NCBI GenBank assembly: GCA_963777955.1
Contig: CAVZSQ010000015.1
Coordinates: forward strand, 1-64,000
Reading direction: 5' to 3'
Length of the DNA stretch: 64,000 nucleotides
Source: Calditrichia bacterium
Lineage (GTDB): Bacteria; Calditrichota; Calditrichia; JAJRVZ01
Positions 1 to 11,079 of this stretch are shown piece by piece. The notes under the pieces were generated by a model. It saw only the letters and a program-made list of their open reading frames with translations. It did not search any database and was not told the DNA's origin. The stretch's first letter is position 1. Every line of letters starts with the position of its first letter. A program made the position numbers and the translations under genes.

Positions 1-1074
1 TGTTCGTGGATGGGGGTGTGGAAGGTGTGCTCAACAATCACATCTGCGGCTGCAAAGCCCTTGTCCATATCGCCTTTGCGCACCTTGATATGTTTGAGCA
101 GGTTCCCCCTTGGGATGGATTTTCGGGCGCGTTTCGGGTTGGTGGGGCCTGCACAGCGCTGGCTAACTCACCGGCAGCGGATCGGAGTTCAACATCGATC
201 AAGCTCCAGCGCCTGGGCTGGCTATTTCCCGGGTTTCAGCGGCCAACAATCGCCAGGGCATCGCCCACGGTGCGCACATCTTCAGAGATGCCCACCATCA
301 ACCGGCCAATCGTAAATCACCAGGCCATGATGGTGCGCAGCGGGAATATCAGCGGCGGTTAAACTGCCACCACCCCGGGCAATGCCCTTTGGCCCGGCTT
401 GTATCATTTTTGGACGACAGCGGCAGGCTGCATGGCGCGTTTGACCCGCGCATGTAACATACCCTCAAATGTAAGGTCATCCGTGAGTAGCGGACCCGGT
501 GACTTTTCAATTGCGTCTGGGCGGGGATAAATCCGCCCCACGGCTTTATGCGGGTGGGCAGCTTCAGGGATGCGCGGGGGTTCAACCAGATTGGCAGTGT
601 GCAGCGCTTTGGCTGCCGCGCGAATGGCCCCAAGAATGCTGGGGTAACCCGCGCAGCGGCACAGCGTGTCTTTTAACGCATATTTAATCTCGTTCTCGCC
701 GGGATCCGGGTTGCTCTCCAGCAAAGCAGCCGCGGTCATCAATTGACCGGGAATACAAAAACCGCACTGCACCGCGCCGTAAGCGATAAACGCCTCCTGC
801 AGGGGTGTAATCCGCCGCGCGCAGCGAATGGCGCATCGGTTTTGGCCAGCCCTTCGATGGTCACAACGTTTTGTCCGTGGGCTTTGACAGCCGGGTAAGT
901 GCAGGAAAGAATGGGCTGCCCGTCAATTATTACGGTGCAGGCGCCGCATTCATCCTCCTGGCAAGCCACCTTGGTGCCCGTCAATCCCAGGCGGTTGCGC
1001 AATAAATCAGAAAGCATCTCACCGGGCTGCTCTTCAAGACGCACATATTTTCCATTAACTGAAAATTCAATCAT
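1..1074 (-). CDS. Xanthine dehydrogenase-family molybdoenzyme, [2Fe-2S] domain fused to the molybdopterin-binding domain (3' end outside window; several indels)
   Basis: Starts MIEFSVNGK. Motifs GTKVACQEDECGACTV, QCGFCIPG and LCRCAGY, then VGRIYPRPDAIEK, GMLHARVKR and LPGVVAV..AADIP...HGLVIYDWP across shifted frames. ATGA overlap with the upstream gene at 1071-1074. Confidence 0.8.
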
Positions 1075-1961
1075 GCTTCCTCCACCGCAAAAGTTCTTCG
1101 CCAGGCACTTCCTGCGATATCGCCAAGCAGGACTTTGCACAGGTGGTAGCGGTAGGCTGCCGAGGCGCGCTGCGGGCTGGTGCGGAAACGCATGCTGGAA
1201 TCAACCAGGATTTTTGCTTTTTCAAGCGCCTCAACCCCAAACACAGCGCCCGTCAGGCTTTGTTCAAGGGCGCTTGCCCGCTGAGGAACCGGACCAGATG
1301 GGCCAATTGCGATGCGAATCGATTGAATTTGACAGCCCGGCCCGCTCCAGCCAGACGGCCATATTTAACACCGGCAAAGCCACGCCTTGTGGGTTCATCA
1401 CGCGCCCAAAGGCAGAAGCCTGCCGGTATTTACGCAGGGGCAGGTGAAACCCAACCAGGATTTCCTGGTTGGCCAGAGAGAAAGTCGATTGCCCGACCCC
1501 TTTAAGAGATCCAGAATGGGAACCAACCGGCGCCCATCCCGATTGGCAATTTCTGCGCGGGCATCCAAAGCAACCAGGGCAATGGTCCCATCGGCGGCAG
1601 GCAGGGCATGCGCCACATTACCCCCCAGGGTAGCCGTGTTGCGTACCTGCGGCCCGCCAATCAGGCTGCAGGCTTCCAGTAACGCCCGGGCATGCTGTTG
1701 GACGAGCGCATTTTCGGTTATCTGGCGCACCGGAACCGCTGAGCCGATGAAAAGCTCTGACTGGCGAATTTCAAGACAGCGCAGCTCGGGGATACGGGTG
1801 AGGTCGACCAGGGTATCAACCGGGGGATGGCGGCCTTGCTGGATTTCCAGCAGCAGGTCGGTGCCGCCGGCGATCGGGCGAGCCGAGCCGGAGGCTGAAG
1901 CCAATACGTGCAAGGCTTCGGTTATTGTGTTTACCAATCGATAGTGTGACCAGGTGCTCAT
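1071..1961 (-). CDS. Xanthine/CO dehydrogenase-family FAD-binding subunit (frameshifted)
   Basis: MSTWSHY..., PIAGGTDL and QVRNTATLGGNVAHALPAAD motifs. AAAGGAG RBS upstream of ATG 1961. Confidence 0.85.
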
Positions 1962-2103
1962 GAGATCGGTGGCTCCTTTCAGAGGGGAAGGCGGTACTTT
2001 TCGACGGGTTCTGTGACCCGACGCCGGTAGGATTTCCCTGCCGACCACCGAATTCAGTTGGTTTTATCCGTAGACGAGATCGTCATGACGTGAACAGCCT
2101 TCA

Positions 2104-3653
2104 TTATAACTCATTTTCTTGCACACCAGCCATCATCAAGCCAAGCTGTTCAAGGGTAACGGCATCGTTAGGGACTATCCCGATGATGCGGCCCTCAAAA
2201 ATCACCGCGATCCGGTCTGAAAGCGCTCGGAATTTCATCCAGATCTTCGGAAATCAACAGGGTGGCTGTTCCCGCCTGGCGCTGTTCCAGAAGGCGCAAA
2301 TGGATGTATTCGCTGTGCGCCTGATATCCACCCCACGGGTGGGCTGGCTGGCGATCAGCACCCTGGGGTGGCGCGAGAGCTCCCGCGCCAGGATCAGTTT
2401 TTGAATATTTCCCCCGAGAGGTTTTTCAGGGGGGTATGCAAGCTGGGGGTTTTGACGCCGTAAGCATCTACTGAAGCCTGGGTGTGCGGCGGATGGATTT
2501 AAATTGAAAAAGATGCCCCGCGCAAAAGGCGGCCTGGCGTGGTCTTCGAGTACATAGTTATCAGCCACGCTGAAATCCTTGATGGCGCCTTCACGCATGC
2601 GTTCTTCCGGAGATATAGGATTGACCCGCTTCGATGTGCTCAACCGGTGAGGCATGCGTCACATCTTTACCGTTGAGGTATCACCTGTCCCTGGCGAATG
2701 GGACGCAACGCCGCCAGGCATTCGGCCAGTTCGCGCTGCCCATTGCCCGAAACTCCCGCCAGGCCCAGGATTTCGCCGCACCGGAGGGATAACGAAACAT
2801 CCTTAGAGTCGTCGCTGCCGCGGTCGCCTCGGGTGGTCACATTCCGGATATCCAACACCACCTCACCCGCCTGGCATAGCGGCGGTCGTATTGGAGAATT
2901 ACCGGGCGCCCGACCATCATCTGGGCCAGTTCGGCGCGGGTGGCGCCGGCGGTTGGGCGTGTGCCGACCATTTTTCCATCCCGCAACACGGTTACCCGGT
3001 CGCTGATCTCGAGCACTTCGTGAAGTTTGTGAGAAATAAAGATCAGGGCGTGGCCGTCTTTGGCCATCTGGCGGAAAGTTTTGAACAGATCCTCCACTTC
3101 CTGCGGGGTGAGTACGGCTGTTGGTTCATCCAATACCAGCAAGGCAGCCCCGCGGTAGAGGGCTTTGACAATTTCCACCCGCTGCTGCTCTCCGACGGCC
3201 AACTGCCAGACATAAGCGCGCGGGTCCACTTTCAAGCCATACTGTTCACAAAGGGCATTGATCCGTTTTTCCACGTGGGCCAGGTCCAGCAAGAGACCGC
3301 GCGAAGATTTCAACCCCAGGGCAACATTTTCAACCACGGTCAGGGATGGCACCAGCATGAAATGTTGTGGGAATACATTCCCACACCGGCCGCGATGGCA
3401 TCCTGCGGCGATTGGAATTGCATTTCCTGACCGTTGATAATGATCTTCCCTTCGTCGGGCCGGTACAGGCCGTACAGCTGGCGCACCAGGGTGCTTTTGC
3501 CAGCACCATTTTCACCCAGCAAGGCATGGATCTCACCTGACCTGACGTCAAAATCAACGTGATCGTTTGCCAGAACCCCTGGAAAACGTTTCACGATCCC
3601 AATCATGGACATTTGATCGATGCGCGGGCGTCCGGTCGGAGGGAAGAAGTCAT
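2104..3653 (-). CDS. ABC transporter ATP-binding protein, nucleoside/sugar (CUT2) type with two ABC domains (frameshifted)
   Basis: LLGENGAGKST Walker A, LAVGEQQRVEI, LVLDEPT, second domain GVSGNGQREL, GGNIQKLILAREL and ASQPTRGVD; ends LMMAGVQENEL. Start approximate. Confidence 0.85.
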
Positions 3654-3691
3654 ATGGTTCGTAAATCCTATAAATTTCCGCCGCGGGTTGC

Positions 3692-3721
3692 GGTAGGGGT
3701 GGACCTGATCCCACCCCTACC
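3692..3721. repeat. GC-rich stem-loop after the substrate-binding protein gene (mRNA stabiliser, attenuator or REP-like)
   Basis: Perfect 11-bp inverted repeat GGTAGGGGTGG / CCACCCCTACC with an 8-nt loop. Confidence 0.6.
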
Positions 3722-3774
3722 AGCGAGCATGGTTACGAAAGGAAAGATCAGATAAACCGCTTTGTATAGCAGGT

Positions 3775-4803
3775 TTATTTGGCCTTCAACGGGTCGATCT
3801 TTCCTTCCGTGATGCCCAGGATGGCGGCATCAGCGGCAGCCTTGGCTTCCGCGGGGACGGTTACACCGGCGTTGTATTTGATCACCAGGCCTTTATTCTT
3901 AAAGGTCAGGGTATAGGCTTTATTGCCCAGTACGCCGGCCTTGCGGCTGGAGATCAACCTTTAAGGATGCCAGTCCAATCATACACCTGGCTTGAAACCA
4001 CGATGGTCGGAGCCAGGGCGGTCTGATCCCACTGGGTGCCGAACCAGAATCGCTTTCTTATCTTTGGCAATTCCAATGGCGCCAACCACGGATTGAGAGG
4101 AACCGGTGAGCACATCGGCACCAGCCGCGATATGGGTTTCGGCGAGGCGGCAGCCATCAGGGAGACATCCGAGAAGGAGCCCGTATAGGTCACATTAACC
4201 TTGAGGCCGGGTTTGGTTGCCATTGCGCCGATTTTGAAGCCGTCCACATAGAGTTTAGCGTCGCCGGCTTCGACCGGGCCGGCAATGCCAAGCACAGCCG
4301 ATTTTGACATCATGGCCGCCAGGACACCCTGAACATAACCACCTTGTTGAGCTTCAGCCTGGTATGCAAAGACGTTGTTAATCCCATCTGCCTGGAAAGT
4401 ATTTAACGAAGTGCCCCAGGCAAAGCTGACCTTTCGGAAAATCAGGCGCGACTTGCTGCAGCGAGGTGCCGTACTGGGAGCCGTGGGCGATCACCATATC
4501 ATAGCCTTTTGCGGCATAATCGCGGATGGCCGCGGCAGCATTGGGAACATTGAACATGTTCTCTGAATAGGCAATTTCCATCTTGGACGTGCCGCCCATT
4601 TCTTTTTGAATCGTGAGCAGGCCTTCATACATCGATTGGCTGAAGGCAGCATCTGTTACGGGGCTGGGGAATACCACGGCGACCTTCAATGGTTTTTCCT
4701 GGGCTTGGGTCGGCTGAGGGGCAGGGGTAGCTGCCGGGGCGCAGCTCACCAGGGTAGCCATGATGGCTACAATTACAATTATTCGATAGATTGTCGTTTT
4801 CAT
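3775..4803 (-). CDS. BMP-family (purine nucleoside) ABC substrate-binding lipoprotein (frameshifted)
   Basis: Signal/lipobox LVSC, DAAFSQSMYEG, AIRDYAAKGYDMVIAHGSQYG, YTGSFSDV, WFGTQWDQ. GGAG RBS. Confidence 0.85.
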
Positions 4804-4899
4804 TTTTTCTCCTATGAACAGAAATTCAGGTGAACATTCTCTTCTAACCATCCGAACCGATTCCTGATTGTCTTACCTCCTTTACTCAATGAGATTGAT

Positions 4900-5824
4900 T
4901 CAGACTTCCCCGCGCTCAAAAGGCTTGGCGAGCGCTGTGGGCTGCTGCACGCGGCGCGCAAAGGCCAGCGCCAATATGGTCAGCACGTAGGGCATCATGA
5001 CAGCAATATCCGACGGAAGATTGATGCCTTTGACCTGGATCCATAATTGGAAGGCGTTGACAAAACTGAACAACAAGGCGCCCGAACACCCCACGGCCGC
5101 CAGCCGCCGAAATATACCAGGGCCACGGCGATGAAGCCCATGCCGTTGGTCATGTTCTCCTGGAATAGGTTGATCCAGGCGATCGAGAGCGTGGCGCCGG
5201 CAATGCCAGCCAGCACCCCGCCAGTGATGAGCGGTGAGTAGCGTATCCGGTTGATATCCACCCCCAGCGAGTCTGCGGCATGCGGGTTTTGGCCGGCAGC
5301 GCGGATCTTCAGACCAAAGGTGGTCTTGTTGAGGATAAACGCTGACAGGGGAACGAGTAAAAAGGCCCCGTAAACCAGGAGATTGTGGTTGAACAAAACA
5401 TCACCCACCAACGGAATGTCGCCCAGGAGGGGAATGGGTATGGGTTGAAAGCCGGAAATGGAATCACGCTGCCCAATGTTTTCTTAAAGAGCAGGCTGGA
5501 AAGCCCAAGCCAAAAAGCTGCAGGCCGATCCCGCTGATGCCCTGCTCGGCTTTCAGGGTGACGCTGATCACCGCCATCAGCAGCCCCATCAGCGACGCCA
5601 ACAATGGCAGCCGCTAACAACCCCAGCCACAAGTTCCCGTTTTCAAGGTCCAACATAAAAACCGCTGTAGGCGCCCATGAGCATGATGCCATCCACGCCC
5701 AGGTTTAAAACACCCGAAAGCTGCACAAACGTTTCGCCGATGGCCGCATATAAATAGGGCGTTGCCAGGCTGACGCCGGTGCCGATAATTCCCAGGGTGA
5801 CGACCAGGAAAGCCAGAAAATCAT
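4900..5824 (-). CDS. ABC transporter permease 2 (frameshifted)
   Basis: ATPYLYAAIGETFVQLSGVLNLGVDGIML, GLKIRAAGQNPHAADSLG, GMGFIAVALVYFGGWRP, PTALAKPFERGE. Confidence 0.85.
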
Positions 5825-6897
5825 TCAAGGATTTCGCGCCTCCGCGCCCGAAGGGTGGACCAGATTTTGCTGCCAACCACCAGCAGGACCACCAGACCCA
5901 GCAGGGTGTCGATTACGCCGAAGGGACCTGAACCGCCCGCTGCATTTTATCGGCGCCAACCAGCAGGCTGCCAAACAGGATCGGAAGCCGGAATAGCGCC
6001 AAGCGGGTGCAGGCTGCCGAACAAAGCCGCCACAATCCCCGAGAAACCATATCCGCCAGAAAGCCCTTCGAGCATGCGGTGCTGAACCCCCATCACTTCA
6101 ATGGCTCCCGCCAGGCCCGCAAAGGCGCCGCCCAAAACCAGGGAAAGGGCCTGGTAAAAGGGCACGCGTATGCCCGCAGAAGCGGGAGGCGTTTGGGTTT
6201 ATCCCACTGCCCGGATGCGGTAGCCGAGAGTGGTGCGCCACAGGAAAATGTAAACCAGGACCGCCATCACCACGGCGATGATCGCCCCTGCGTTCAGCAG
6301 GGTGCTTGGGACCAGTTTGGGCAGCCAGACCGAGCGCGGCAGCAGGGCCGATTGGGCAATGCGGGTGCCGAGCATCGATTTCTTTGGGTCGATCATCGGT
6401 CCGCGCAGCAGGTAGTTCCTAACTGCACGGCGATGGCGTTCATCATCACCGTGCTAAGGATTTCGTTCACCCCCAGGCGCGCCTTCAATACGCCCGGAAT
6501 TCCGCCCCAGATCGCACCGGCGAGGGTGCCAACGACCAGGCACACGGAAGTAAGGATGATCCCCGGCAGTTCCGGAAACTGACTGCCAGGGCTGTGGTCG
6601 CCAGGCGCCGAACCAGCAGCTGCCCTTCACCGCCGATGTTAATCACCCCACCCCGGAAGGCGATGCAGACGCCCAGCCCCACCAGCAGCAGGGGTGTGGC
6701 TTTGGCCAGCGTTTGGGTGATCCCAGAAACATCACCAAAGGCGCCGGTAATCAATGCGCCGTAGGCTTCCAAGGGTTTGCGCCCAGGGCCAGAATCATAA
6801 CTGCCCCAATCAGAAACGCAACAGGGACAGCCAGCAATGGTAAAAGTGCCTCCAGGTACGATTAAACCAGTTTTTTCAATTCTTGCGATTCCGGCAT
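5821..6897 (-). CDS. ABC transporter permease 1 (frameshifted)
   Basis: TLAKATPLLLVGLG, NIGGEGQ, RTTLGYRIRAVG, GYGFSGIVAALFGSLHP. Confidence 0.85.
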
Positions 6898-7077
6898 AGG
6901 CAGGCACCTCGTTGAAACCGTAAGGGCACAGCAGTTGGGTAATCTATTCTGGGGTAAAGTTTTAATTAAGCAAACGCGCTTGAGGAAAATGGTTATTGAA
7001 GATACACTATACTAGATTATAACCATAATGACAGTTCTGTCTACTTTTTTTCAAAATTAATGGAAACAAGGCATTGT

Positions 7078-7275
7078 ATGAAAACTCATTGGCGACTGGC
7101 AGTATTGATGCTTGTGCTTACCCTTGCGGCCGGTTGCGCCGGGCAAGTAACGCCGGGTATACCTTCTCCACCTCCTGTAGTACAAACTCCATTTCTCGTA
7201 CCTGCTCCAACCAGCACCGTCCTATCTACATCCACTAAAATGATCACCCCTCAACTCACTCCCGTCCCCACTCCA
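7078..7275 (+). CDS. N-terminal fragment of a Pro/Thr-rich lipoprotein, cut at the junction
   Basis: MKTHWRL...LAAGC lipobox followed by a PTP/TP-rich linker. The sequence switches to a kinase HAMP region at about 7275. Confidence 0.55.
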
Positions 7276-10235
7276 TCGGTCAGGGCGATTACAAAGTTGA
7301 TGTGCAGGTGCGCAGCGATCAGGATATACTGAGCAATGCCATCATCCGCATGAAAAATAATCTGCTTAAAATGACCGAGGAAAATACCCGGCAGAATTGG
7401 CATGAAGCCGGTCAGGCCGAGTTGAGCAATAAAATACGCGGTGACCAGAATACAGTCGAGCTGGCCCAAAACGTTATTAATTTTCTGGCGAATTACCTGA
7501 ACTCCCAGATCGGCGCCATTTATCTTCAGGATGACGATAATGTGTTTAAACTCTACGCCAGTTATGCTTATAAAAAACGAAAGCATGTAGCCAATGCCTT
7601 TAAACCGGGCGAGGGTTTGGTGGGGCAGGCTGCTCTGGAAAAGAAAAGTATTCTGATCACCGAAGTGCCCGATGATTATATCCGGATCAATTCGGGACTG
7701 GGTGAAAGCAAACCGCTTAATATCCTGGTGACGCCGTTGATCTATGACGGCCAGGTTTCCGGGGTGATTGAACTTGGATCTTTCAAGGAATTTTATGACC
7801 AGCATTTTTATTTCATGGAACAGGCTGCCGAGAGTATCGCTATCGCCCTGCAAAGCGCACTGTCCCGGGTGCGGGTAAAACAATTATTGGAAAAAACACA
7901 ATTACAGGCCAGGGAATTACAGGTCCAGCAGGAAGAATTGAAAGCGACTAATGAGGAAATGCAAACCCAGCAGGAAGAACTGCGGGTGGCCAATGAGGAA
8001 CTGGAGGCACAAACCCAGGCTCTGAAGCAGTCGGAAGATATGCTGAAAAAACAGCAGGAAGAATTAAAGTCCTCAAATATCGAATTGGAAAGGCAGACCA
8101 AAATCCTGCAGACGCATCAGCAGGAGATTGAACAGAAGAATATCGCTCTGGAGAAAGCCCGGCGGGAGATCGAGAAAAAAGCCAAAGAACTGCAAGCGAG
8201 CAGTGAATATAAATCCGAATTTCTGGCCAATATGTCGCATGAACTGCGCACCCCTTTGAATAGTATTCAGATACTGTCACGACTGCTTTACGAAAACAAA
8301 GAACATAGCCTGACCGACAAGCAGGTTAATTTTGCCAGGACTATCCATTCCTCCGGTTCCGATCTGCTGAATTTGATCAATGAAATCCTGGACCTTTCCA
8401 AGATTGAAGCCGGCAAGATGATAATCAATATTGAAGAAATGCCCCTGACCCTGTTACCTGCCTATTTGCAGCAGAATTTTGAACATCTGACCCAGGAAAA
8501 GGGAATTTATCTGAAAGTTGAGATAGGCGAAGGAATGCCGGGTAATATGCTGACCGACAGGCAAAGGGTCGAACAGATCATGAAAAATTTATTATCCAAT
8601 GCCATAAAATTTACTGAAAAAGGGGGCATCACCGTAAAAATCGGCCGGCCGGCCGCAGGTGTGAACCTGGAAAGAAGCGGTCTGAATCCTCAGCAGACGA
8701 TTGGTATTGTAGTACAGGACACCGGAATCGGAATCCCGCCGGATAAAAAAGAATTGATCTTTCAGGCCTTTCAGCAGGTTGAAGGTACTACCAATCGTAA
8801 GTTTGGCGGTACGGGATTGGGACTCTCCATCTCACTGGAACTGGCCCGATTGCTGGGCGGAGAAATCCAGGTGGAAAGCGAGTTGGGTAAGGGCAGTACT
8901 TTCACGTTATACCTGCCGCAGGAAAATAAAATACAACAGTTAGAAAGCAATGAAACAGACCAGGAAAAAAACACTACGGTCTCGAACACTGCCACTGCTG
9001 CGCCCTTGCCGGTAAAACGGGTGAATGAGATCCGCGATGACCGTCTGGATATCAAGGAAAATGACCGCTCGATGCTGATCGTCGAAGACGATGCCAATTT
9101 TGCCAAACTGCTGTTTGTTATTGCACGGGAAAAGGGATTTAAATGCTTGCTGGCCGAGGACGGGGAAGCAGGATTACAACTGGCGAATCAATATAAACCG
9201 AGCGCCATGATACTGGATGTCGGACTGCCGCGCATGAACGGCTGGACTGTCATGGGGCATCTGAAGAACAATCCGGAAACCCGGCATATACCGGTATATT
9301 TCATTTCAGGACATGATACGCGAATGAAAGCGCTGCAAATGGGCGCTATCGGCTTCCTGGGCAAACCGGTTACCCTGGATGGACTCAATCATGCTTTCGA
9401 CAGGATTAACAAGATGCTGTCCAGGGAAATCAAAAAATTATTGATTGTCGAAGATGATCAGACCATGTGCGACAATATGGTCGAGTTGATCGGCAACAAT
9501 GATGTGTTGATCACCACGGCCAGTAAAGGTAAAGAAGCCATGCAGTTATTATCACACGGTGATTTTGATTGTATGGTTCTGGATCTCGGCCTTGCTGATA
9601 TTTCAGGTTTTGATTTGATCGAAAAGATTCACAAGTATGAAAACATATCTGATTTGCCCATTATCATCTATACCGGTAAAGATCTGAACAAGAAAGAAGA
9701 ATCCCGGCTGCGCAAACATGCAGACAGTATTATTATCAAAGGAGTCAAATCGACCGACCGTTTATTGGACGAAGTCGGTCTGTTTCTGCACCGTGGCGAT
9801 CATGAGCATCATGAGCAGAAGCGGGAAAAAGCGCAGGCAAAACTCAGCGAAGAGAACGTCTTTAAAGGGAAAAAGATCTTACTGGTCGATGATGATGTGC
9901 GTAATATTTTTGCTTTATCCAGTGTTCTGGAAGAAAAAGAAATAGAAGTACTGGATGCCGAGAATGGCCTGGATGCCCTGAAATTGCTGGAACAGCAGGA
10001 TCAGCTCGATCTGATTTTAATGGATATCATGATGCCTGAACTGGATGGCTACGAAACTATCCGGCGCATCCGCAAATTGAACAAGTACCCCCGAATACCC
10101 ATTATCGCTTTGACGGCAAAGGCCATGAAAGGAGACCGGCAAAAATGCATCGAAAGCGGTGCTAACGATTATCTGTCTAAACCGGTCGATATGGAAAAAC
10201 TCATGTCCTTGCTGCAGGTATGGTTGCAGCCATGA
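7272..10235 (+). CDS. Hybrid sensor histidine kinase, (HAMP)-GAF-coiled coil-HisKA-HATPase-3xREC; 5' end missing
   Basis: The frame reads SIGQGDYKVDVQVRSDQD (HAMP-like) upstream of ORF 7302. GAF (GEGLVGQAALEKK), FLANMSHELRTPLN, NLLSNAIKFT, GGTGLGLSI and three receiver domains. Confidence 0.9.
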   Translation, partial: SIGQGDYKVDVQVRSDQDILSNAIIRMKNNLLKMTEENTRQNWHEAGQAELSNKIRGDQNTVELAQNVINFLANYLNSQIGAIYLQDDDNVFKLYASYAYKKRKHVANAFKPGEGLVGQAALEKKSILITEVPDDYIRINSGLGESKPLNILVTPLIYDGQVSGVIELGSFKEFYDQHFYFMEQAAESIAIALQSALSRVRVKQLLEKTQLQARELQVQQEELKATNEEMQTQQEELRVANEELEAQTQALKQSEDMLKKQQEELKSSNIELERQTKILQTHQQEIEQKNIALEKARREIEKKAKELQASSEYKSEFLANMSHELRTPLNSIQILSRLLYENKEHSLTDKQVNFARTIHSSGSDLLNLINEILDLSKIEAGKMIINIEEMPLTLLPAYLQQNFEHLTQEKGIYLKVEIGEGMPGNMLTDRQRVEQIMKNLLSNAIKFTEKGGITVKIGRPAAGVNLERSGLNPQQTIGIVVQDTGIGIPPDKKELIFQAFQQVEGTTNRKFGGTGLGLSISLELARLLGGEIQVESELGKGSTFTLYLPQENKIQQLESNETDQEKNTTVSNTATAAPLPVKRVNEIRDDRLDIKENDRSMLIVEDDANFAKLLFVIAREKGFKCLLAEDGEAGLQLANQYKPSAMILDVGLPRMNGWTVMGHLKNNPETRHIPVYFISGHDTRMKALQMGAIGFLGKPVTLDGLNHAFDRINKMLSREIKKLLIVEDDQTMCDNMVELIGNNDVLITTASKGKEAMQLLSHGDFDCMVLDLGLADISGFDLIEKIHKYENISDLPIIIYTGKDLNKKEESRLRKHADSIIIKGVKSTDRLLDEVGLFLHRGDHEHHEQKREKAQAKLSEENVFKGKKILLVDDDVRNIFALSSVLEEKEIEVLDAENGLDALKLLEQQDQLDLILMDIMMPELDGYETIRRIRKLNKYPRIPIIALTAKAMKGDRQKCIESGANDYLSKPVDMEKLMSLLQVWLQP

Positions 10236-11068
10236 GCATGGAGCCAACTGTGCTGACCGAAAGTGCTGAAATTCAAGTTTTGTTGGAAGCCATTTATCAA
10301 AAATATGGCTACGATTTCCGGCATTATTCAAAAGCTTCGATCCGGCGCAGGATATTACAGCGTTTTACCCGATCTAATCTTCCCGACCTGGCTGCTCTGC
10401 AAAGTAAACTGCTGCACGATAAAAATTTCTTCCATACGCTGTTAATGGACTTTTCCATTAACGTAACCGAAATGTTTCGTGATCCGTCATTTTACCTGGC
10501 CATGCGGCAGGAGATTATGCCGATATTGAAAACCTATCCGATTGTCAGGATCTGGATTGCGGGATGTTCTTCCGGTGAAGAGATCTATTCCATGGTGATC
10601 CTGCTGGAGGAAGAAGGACTGTTGTATAAATCGCTGATTTATGCCACCGACTTCAATGAGGTTATATTGCAGAAAGCCCGGCAGGGTATTTTCCCGACTG
10701 AACGGATGAAATTATATACCCGTAATTATCAACTCGCCGGCGGTAAAGATTCTTTTTCCCGTTATTATAACGTAAAAAACTATGTCGCTAACATGGATAA
10801 AGACCTGAAGAAAAATATTATTTTTGCGACTCATAACCTGGCTACCGACGGCGTTTTCGGTGAAATGCATCTGATCATGTGCCGGAATGTTATGATCTAT
10901 TTTGATAAAGAGTTACAGGACAGGGTTATCGGATTATTCCATGACAGCCTGATACGCAAAGGAATATTGTGCCTGGGTGAAAAAGAAAGTTTACGTTTCA
11001 CACAATATAACCGGATGTTCGATGAGTTGATAGCTCATGAAAAAATATTTCAGAAGCCTTTAAGATAA
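10232..11068 (+). CDS. cheR: Protein-glutamate O-methyltransferase CheR
   Basis: YGYDFRHY, INVTEMFRDP, RIWIAGCSSGEEIYS, CRNVMIYF. ATGA overlap with the kinase stop. Confidence 0.92.
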   Translation: MSMEPTVLTESAEIQVLLEAIYQKYGYDFRHYSKASIRRRILQRFTRSNLPDLAALQSKLLHDKNFFHTLLMDFSINVTEMFRDPSFYLAMRQEIMPILKTYPIVRIWIAGCSSGEEIYSMVILLEEEGLLYKSLIYATDFNEVILQKARQGIFPTERMKLYTRNYQLAGGKDSFSRYYNVKNYVANMDKDLKKNIIFATHNLATDGVFGEMHLIMCRNVMIYFDKELQDRVIGLFHDSLIRKGILCLGEKESLRFTQYNRMFDELIAHEKIFQKPLR

Positions 11069-11079
11069 AAGAGCGCCGG

